A stretch of DNA of 64,000 nt from Tubulanus polymorphus (taxonomy: Eukaryota; Animalia; Nemertea). Every line of letters starts with the position of its first letter. Positions within the stretch are counted from its first letter, which is position 1. Positions 56,960 through 64,000 of this stretch are shown here, piece by piece. The stretch is taken from assembly GCF_964204645.1 (NCBI RefSeq), contig NC_134033.1, positions 2,066,131 through 2,130,130 on the forward strand, read 5' to 3'. The notes below the pieces were generated by a model. It made no database searches and was not told the DNA's origin. It saw only the letters and a program-made list of their open reading frames with translations. A program made the position numbers and the translations under genes.

Positions 56960-58877
56960 TTACAATAGTTCATGCTGGTAATGTTTTGGTAAATGCGTAA
57001 TAAATTCAGGTAAACAATCCTTTGAGAAATTTTCACTGTAATGCTGAATGTCGATTCCAGAATTGAAAATATCGTCATATTCAGGAAGTTGCACGGTGTC
57101 CGGATGCGGTTTCATGAAGAATACTGATCTTCCAAGAATGTAAATTCGGCCGAATCCTCGTTCGGTCAACTGCAGTAATTCGCCTGAAATAAAGTTTCAG
57201 TAGTTAGAAACTGATAGTAAAAGAGGATTATGAGGCTCATCGATTATGGCAGCGTCAATGACGGCCCAAAATAACAGCAAAATGAAGCTATAAAACGTTT
57301 GACTAGTACTAACAATAATAATTACCTTTAACTTGTTCTGCTAGACAGCTTTTCACAACTCTGTGAATGTTGCGTACAGATGTGACGGGTCCTTGTGACG
57401 AAAGCAAAGCCTTCGATATCTTTTGCGGAAATGATGACACGCGAGGCGCGTGTATTGAATCTACAGCATTGTGATGTTCCACTGCCTGTAAATCAAAATG
57501 GAAAAAATAATTTAGTGTAACCGGTAGTTATTATTGTCGTAAATGTTTAATAATTTGTGTGGGCAATGAACTTTTTATTAAGACCCATTGAGCAGTAAAT
57601 TGGTTCTCAGTGATTAGCGCCAATGCATTTTTCGTACGTGATGAAATTAATTTGATTTGGGGAATGCATACCTCGAGAAATATAGCTTTCTGGTGCTGCA
57701 TTGTTCTGAAAAGTGTTTTCGCAGCTTGCATTTGTTGCATTGGAATAATTTCTGAAATGGTGAATCTATTGTCGGATCTCCTTATGGTGTGCATCATCGC
57801 CTCAACGAATATATGCAGTAACGCAGCAAGCCGAAATATGTGCGTCGCATCCTTTGACGATGCCACGTATATATCGCCGTTCTGTTCTTGGTTTTCTTCT
57901 GAAATATGAAAATAAACGTAAAAATGAATGCATAGCCTTACGATTAAAGACCATTGGTAAAACCATGGTTTCAGCAACTTACCAATATTTTCGTGGTATC
58001 TGCGTTGAAGGTAATCGATGTATTCTTTCCTGATTTCATTAAACAAATTCTCACTTTCATCAGATAATGTGTATGTCACCTTATTGTTCAGGTGTACTTC
58101 ATACACAGACTGCAGAATGCTTTTGAACCCGTTTTTCAAGGGGGAGTTCATCACTTCGCGATGCGCTCTAACGTTTTCTTCAGGTTGATGCAATTCGGGT
58201 TTGCATACACAGAATGTAAATCTGTCTATAAAACCGTCCCCACGACACAATTGCACTAGTTCCATTAAAAGTGGTTCGGCCTGAACCATGACGTTCATCG
58301 ACATTGATGTTTTATTGAATCCTCTTTGTCCGTTGGATAAAGTTGAAGTATCTCCCCGACCTCCCCACATTTTGCAAAGCAACGCACGTTCAGTTTCGCC
58401 ATTTTTCTGTTTTATGTTAATAGCTTTGAGGAGTCTACCTCCTTCGTCCGACGTGATAAGTCCATAACCAGAATTTAAAGCCTGGTGTTTCTGTACCCCG
58501 GCTACAGAATAAGTCTCCAAAATGAAGTTATTTCCTGCATTTGCATCGGTATAGTAATCCGAAAACGGTTCGATAATCCGCTCGAAACAATTCGATTTGC
58601 CACATCCAGGATCACCAACTATCATCATGTAGCTATTCAAAGGACTGATGAACCCGGCATCTTTTGTACTGACACGAGTGTTTGGTCCAGCAATCGACGC
58701 AATACACGTTAACAACGTCGGAATTGCAATATCACAGTTGCAATTGTATGCTCTGTCGTATAATTTCAGCAGATCTAGCACATCCGGAGGTAATATTAAA
58801 TCCCATTGGAATTTGATCTTATATGCACTCTGATATAGTTTGAAGATACTACTTTTAGAAAAACGTTTACTAGCCAT
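56960..58877 (-). CDS. DUF3987/YfjI-like, MCM-like AAA+ ATPase/helicase with C-terminal winged-helix-like region, 501 aa, 4 exons
   Basis: Exons 58877-57983, 57898-57672, 57485-57326 and 57183-56960 (1506 nt, GT-AG, no stops). Walker A VGDPGCGKS, Walker B LITSDEG, arginine-finger-like DGFIDRF, RLAALLH helix, C-terminal ELLQLTERGFGRIY. An upstream in-frame ATG exists at 58925. Confidence 0.8.
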
Positions 58878-59450
58878 GGCGTGGAAAGTAAGGTAACTGT
58901 GAACTATTGAACAAATTATGACCATTTTATATGGTCAGTTAGTTATTCAATAATTCATTAACCAATGAAAATGGTTAGGCCTATTTAAGTGCGTCAATGA
59001 AACTTGACTATCAACGTATCGGTAAACAATTGCAGAAACAATGACAAATTAGGGTTTTAGTGCTAGTACTTAATTCGATTTGCTTGGGTCAAGATTCTAA
59101 ACAGGCAACTTTGACAGGAAATAGTCACACCGAAATTAAAGTGGTAATTAGTAATTGAGGTAGGATTTTAAAACTAGTGGTTTTGATAATTACAGGCCCT
59201 GTACTAACGGCTGCAGCCCACTAACAAATGTGTTAATGCATGGTATATTGAATACAAGCAATAAAGAAATCGAAATCAATGCATTGTTCAACGAAGCTGA
59301 ACAAGTACTAGTGGTAATCATATTTCCACATTTGTTTGCGGTTAACCTGTTTACCGTTCATTGTTCCATAATACTTTGTTATCAAAGTTTGGCCAATAGA
59401 AATGAGCCGAAATGAAAGGTTATGAACGGTCGAATTAAAAATTGGCTAAT

Positions 59451-59846
59451 ATGGAGTTTGGCACTAGGCTCATTTTTGGAACTACAAACATGATTTCGCC
59501 AGAAAGTAAAAAATTGAAAAATGATGATAGTTGGACTTGTAGTTATGAGAGAGACGATAAGAAAAAAGTCATCACCTATAAAGAATTAATTGGAACAATC
59601 ATGAATACAAGACGTGGAACTATTGACTGGTTAATGGATCGTAATCTGATTGCAGCTTCACGTCAGTGTCCGGTTTGTAATGATGAAATGAAATTGTCAT
59701 TGGACGTCAGCAAAAAATCTGCGAGTGAAGGATGGCGGTGGAGTTGCCGAAAACGTGTTGATAGTGTGTTGCACCAACGGTTTAAGTCGGTTCGAGGCGA
59801 CAGTTGGTTTTCTAAATCTAACTTAACGTTGTTAATAAAATGTTAA
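59451..59846 (+). CDS. Merlin/IS1595 (ISXO2-like) transposase N-terminal Zn-ribbon only, 131 aa; no DDE domain
   Basis: WLMDRNLIAASRQCPVCNDEMKL...EGWRWSCRK...SVRGDSWFSKSNLTL fits the Merlin N-terminal pattern (W-L...CPxC...GxxWxC...SxRxxSWFxxSxL). The ORF stops before the catalytic domain. Confidence 0.75.
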   Translation: MEFGTRLIFGTTNMISPESKKLKNDDSWTCSYERDDKKKVITYKELIGTIMNTRRGTIDWLMDRNLIAASRQCPVCNDEMKLSLDVSKKSASEGWRWSCRKRVDSVLHQRFKSVRGDSWFSKSNLTLLIKC

Positions 59847-60869
59847 TATCTGTTTCTGTTTAATCAAACGAATAATTGTAAATGCAAACATGGACTTTTT
59901 ATAGAACTGGTGATTTGTAAATAAAATTTGGGCTTTTAATAGAAATATTGCAACACGTATTTCTTTTCATTTTTTGGAGTTCATAACAATGAATTAAATC
60001 TAATTCCATTAAACATCGCCATATCAGTGGTGTAGTGTCATTCATTGTCACTGTCACCAATGTCACCTCTTGATTCTATGTGTGTTTCACCCTCTTTGTC
60101 ACAGTCACTGATGCCCCCATAATTGTTCTGGCGTATTGATATACGGCGAATTACATGACTTCTCACTTATACATAAAAATAGTAGACTTGCACAGCTGTG
60201 TAAGGTATAGTAAAGCCAAGCCATGAAATGTGGTGACATTTAACCCGAAGTTTAAAAGGTTCAACATCGATTGACAATTCGATCTTAATTTAGAGGCGAG
60301 TTTTAAGATCAGAACCAACCAAAATAGGGGACTAGTAAGTAGTGGGTAAGTTTATTTAGTTCCCCAATCTTCAAATTACTATATTACTAACTATCTGTAT
60401 AATCTGATCATATATATCATCATTATCAATTGAATTACTATTATTATATACATATATATTGCTATAGTCCCCTATTCTTGAATCGCACCCAGGATTCAAA
60501 CCCGCTTGTCATTCCATCCCTGATCTGCTGATGATGTATCGTTTTAAAAAGCCATGATGAGTTGAGTTGAGAGTTGTTTCATAAACCTTCTTAATGCCAT
60601 GGCAAAGGACCACAGCCTTGTGTTTTCACCATAGCCGCATAAAGGCTACAATCAATGTAGTAAGCAGCACGACTCAAACCCACTCGAACCCAAACAAAAC
60701 ACAATATCAAAATGTTTTTTTTGCCGAAGTAGCCTTCATACTGTAGTTTATTTTCCGCCCTCTGCCTCTAATTAGGATATAACGCTAATTTCGTGTTGTT
60801 AATTGTAATGATTGATTGGATGTTAATAAATGTTCTTTTTTTAGACATTGTGTAGTTGTTTGATAAACG

Positions 60870-63713
60870 ATGGAGCCGCACAAGAATGTCGTCGTCGCTG
60901 CCGGCAACGCGTCGCCGTCTGCCGCCGACCTGCGTCGTGTCGGGTCCGACGTCTCGGATCATACTCGTAAAATAGCGAACGGTTACTACGACGACGTCAA
61001 AGCATCGGACGAATTACGAATACGCGACGAACAGGTAGAAAAAACCTCCCCCTATGACATCATCAGACACATCGACATCATCACATTGTCGCCCTTAGAC
61101 TGTTCCTGAAAACATTTGAAAAGATCTAATCATTTGATGATAGGGGGATTTATGTACGTAGCCATCCTGAATTATAAAGGAGTCATGAAACAATGTTGAT
61201 GTCATAGGGGGATTTAGGAGGCAATGAAAGAGAAAGCTGGTTGGTAAATTTGATGATGTCATAAGGGGATTCATAAGATGGCCATCTTTTTCTACAGAGC
61301 CACTTGAATCGTTGGATAAAAGATTTGATGATGTCATAAGGGGATTCATAAGAAGATGGCCATCTTTTTCTATAGAGCCACTCGAATCCCTGGATAAAAA
61401 AGATTTGATGATGTCATAAGGGGATTCATAAGATGGCCATCTTTTTCTATAGAGCCACTTGAATCCCTGGATAAAAAATATTTGATGATGTCATAAGGTG
61501 ATTGAGGAAGTGGATTGATATATTTCTAGGACGAGCGTTGTTGTTACGTGAGTTGTTTGTATGTGGCGTTAGTGGACGCGCGATACCCGTACGGTTTATC
61601 AGATCCACAACTATTCAACGGATCGATAGAAACGATCGCTCCGCCGCCGTCTGCCGCTGTCGATCAACTACTGAAAACTGCCGAAGTCAGGTGAATAAAA
61701 TTATGTCTCAAAGTCGCTTTTAAAAGTTGATAAATTGCTATCGCATCCAGGTAGACGTCAACTCAAAGTTGAACCTGGTGTCTCCTAACCTTTTCGATGT
61801 CCCAAACCATGTTTTAGTCCGATTTGAGTGACCTGGTGTCTCCTAACCTGTAAGATGATATTCCCAAACCTAGTCTTAAGTCAGACCTAAGTTGAACCTG
61901 TCAATTTATCAAACCCGGTTGTAAGTCAGATTTAAGTAAAAATTAACGCCAGTTGCTGGAAAGTTAGTGGGACTATTAAGAAATAACCAAAAGCGGTCAA
62001 CGTATTGATAATTATCCATGATGACAGTTTCACCCATCAAAACCTTTTCAACTAACTTGGTTCGGAAATTTTTTTACTTCAATTAGATTTCTTTCTATTT
62101 TTATGCGTACAGTTTTAAGTCGTTTTTCGAGATGTTGCAGTCGTTGAGGCATCATTTCCCGTTGAGCGACGCCGTCAAACAGAAAGCTACGGAAATGCAA
62201 CGAAAATATTGCATCAGCGCGGCTTTGAACAGTAAACTAAACAGGTACGAGATCTTCTGTTGTCGGGTAACCTTCAATGTAGCTTGCAATAGATACACCG
62301 GGTGGCGCTAGTGTGCAGTAGGACATTAACAACTGCGGCAATAAAGACTGATTTAGCTACGCCGTCTGAGCAGTGAAGTGTGGTTCCGATTTAAATCGTC
62401 TGAATGAATTAGTTAGGAAAAAGTTTATTAGAATTTTGTCACCATTATAGAATGTGCCAAGAAATGTTTCTGAGCGAAGCCGATATTGAGAAAATTAATC
62501 GCGATATTTGGACTCTGTTCGTCTGCGCTAAAGGTATATAGACCAGAAGGGAATGACCGCTCTGAATTACGAAAACAATTTTTTCCAAACTCTTAAGTTC
62601 AATGGACGATGGTTTTTGTGTTTTCAGGAAATTTGCGGCAAGCGAATCAGGAGATCGTATCCGGATTTCATTTGTTGCTCTGCGTCATCGAGCAGATCGT
62701 ACGCAAAATACCGTCGTTTCAACTGCAAGCTCCGTATGGTAATTATATTCACAGGATTTTAAGGAATTGTGAAAATTGTAATTCAGAGGCTGCGGTTGCT
62801 GAAAAGTTGGTTACAGTTTTAACCAGTGGATAGTTGACATTAGTGACAATTGAGAATTCATTGTTACTCTGGGCCCGGTTTTATAGACTGGTATCATCTT
62901 TAACCCGGGGGTTAACTCAATTGAATATGAATTGAGTTAGCCCTTGGGTTAAAGTTGATACCTGTCTATAAAACCGGCCCCTGGTATTTATCTGCCGGTT
63001 ATCTTTAACTAAACCAATCGTTTAGTGACTGTTTTCTTGAGAATCAGAAAAAGTCATGTATCTATTAATTTAATAAAAAACAGTCCCCACTGAGGAGGAT
63101 ATCTTAGAGTTTAATTACAGAATTACAATTTTTGGTGTCTCGTTTGTTCCCTTGACAAGAAACGGCCTCCACTGAGGATATCTTGCAATGCAATCAGGGA
63201 ATTCTAGGGTAGAGCCCTATCATAGAACAATTTGTTAGGGCCACTGGATTGATAAATGGTTTACAAAATTTGACCGATTTTCCGAACAATTCCTCACTGA
63301 TACATGATTTAATGTATTAAACAGATAGTTTGGTGAGAGTTGTAAATACGGTCGCCGCCACAGATTCGTGCGATGTCATTTTACAACAATTGTGCACGAC
63401 ATACGACGCGGACATCGGCGACGTACGGTTGTTACGTACATCGTTTTGGACGTCTTTTAAAACCCGTCTGCTCAAACCGGGTGGCTCCATCAATGTAAGT
63501 TTACCCCTATCGGTCTCATGACTTAACCCTTTCAGTGCTGACTAATCAATACCCTATAGTGCTTGTAAGTGGTAACTTTGGTTTCTTATAGATCGATGAA
63601 ATCAAAAAGATTTACGTCACTGAGTGTTACGAAAAAGAAGGCGATTTCAATGAATTGGAAATATTCCGTCTGCCAACCGCGTCGGAAGAGAATCAACAAC
63701 CGTCTCGAAATCA
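60870..63713 (+). CDS. RB1: Retinoblastoma-associated protein (RB1-type), N-terminal exons; gene continues beyond the window
   Basis: Exons 60870-61034, 61530-61690, 62113-62244, 62451-62533, 62628-62738, 63325-63494, 63592-63713. CLYVALVD, KYCISAALNSKLNR, WTLFVCAKG, GFHLLLCVIEQIVRKIPSFQLQAPY and CYEKEGDFNELEIF align with RB1 [56 protein letters not shown] and IYLKNKDLDARLF. The start codon is less certain (an acceptor-like ttttttag ends at 60844). Confidence 0.85.
62787..63012. mobile_element. Family-D MITE with a 109-bp family-E MITE nested at 62872-62980 (CTG TSD)
   Basis: Host matches 2543-2657, 12740-12872, 24404-24525 and 52218-52347. Insert reads CTG|GGCCCGGTTTTATAGAC...GTCTATAAAACCGGCCC|CTG. 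Confidence 0.8.
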
Positions 63714-64000
63714 GTACGTACCGAAACTTGATTTAAAACGGGATTGATTCTTACAATATTGTTAATACATCGAGGCAAACATTAGAAAAAAAAAAAACTT
63801 GGTGAGGTTGGAAAACCTGGAAAACGCAGGGGACCGGAAAAAATTGTGATGAGATTCTGCTGCAGAGTCATGCAGGGAATTTGTCAATGGGGAAAAGTGG
63901 CCACCCTCATTGGGTAACTGAATATCAATTCTACTACCAGCAGTTCAAAAGTCGTTTTAATTGTCACACTGAATCAAGATTGAGTGGGACAAACATAGGC

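Larger units (their letters stand above)
56314..60215. mobile_element. ~3.9-kb inverted-repeat-bounded element carrying a DUF3987-like ATPase gene and a Merlin-like Zn-ribbon ORF
   Basis: CTTTACTATCCCTTACACAGC (56314-56334) matches the reverse complement of 60195-60215 at 20/21. Subterminal GTGACA arrays in opposite orientation lie ~80-90 bp inside each end. No TSD found. Confidence 0.7.

Noticed and set aside
57531-58925. The 464-aa ORF as a single-exon gene from bacterial contamination
   Set aside because: It contains canonical GT-AG introns, continues in two more exons, and is embedded between spliced animal genes.
56298-60240. atgaaatgggtgcac (left flank) and atgaaatgtggtgac (right flank) as a TSD or att sites
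   Set aside because: The match is imperfect and offset ~7 bp from the right IR; it cannot be supported without other copies.

Overview
AT-rich, intron-rich animal DNA, probably invertebrate (the taxon cannot be fixed from sequence alone). I built five spliced gene models by hand from GT-AG junctions and exon phase. (1) A complete minus-strand P4-ATPase flippase of the ATP11 subfamily: 25 core exons at 45894-15370, plus several alternative C-terminal exons down to 5259. (2) A plus-strand Gal-3-O-sulfotransferase-family gene (48653-50648) with charge-reversed PAPS-binding residues. (3) A minus-strand GPI-anchored Ly6/three-finger gene (54182-51621) whose last exon is interrupted by a hammerhead-bearing, Penelope-like insert with a 13-bp TSD. 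(4) An intact 4-exon DUF3987/YfjI-like, MCM-like AAA+ ATPase gene (58877-56960). (5) The 5' part of a retinoblastoma (RB1-type) gene, from 60870 past the window end. The most unusual object is a ~3.9-kb element (56314-60215) bounded by a 21-bp inverted repeat and inverted subterminal GTGACA arrays. It carries the DUF3987 gene head-to-head with a Merlin/IS1595-type Zn-ribbon ORF that lacks the DDE domain, and ends ~650 bp upstream of the RB1 ATG. Introns are filled with MITEs and with tandem arrays amplified from MITE parts. One array is amplified from an ATP11 splice acceptor itself, giving ~20 decoy acceptors each followed by a stop. Family assignments rest on motif recognition, not on searches.
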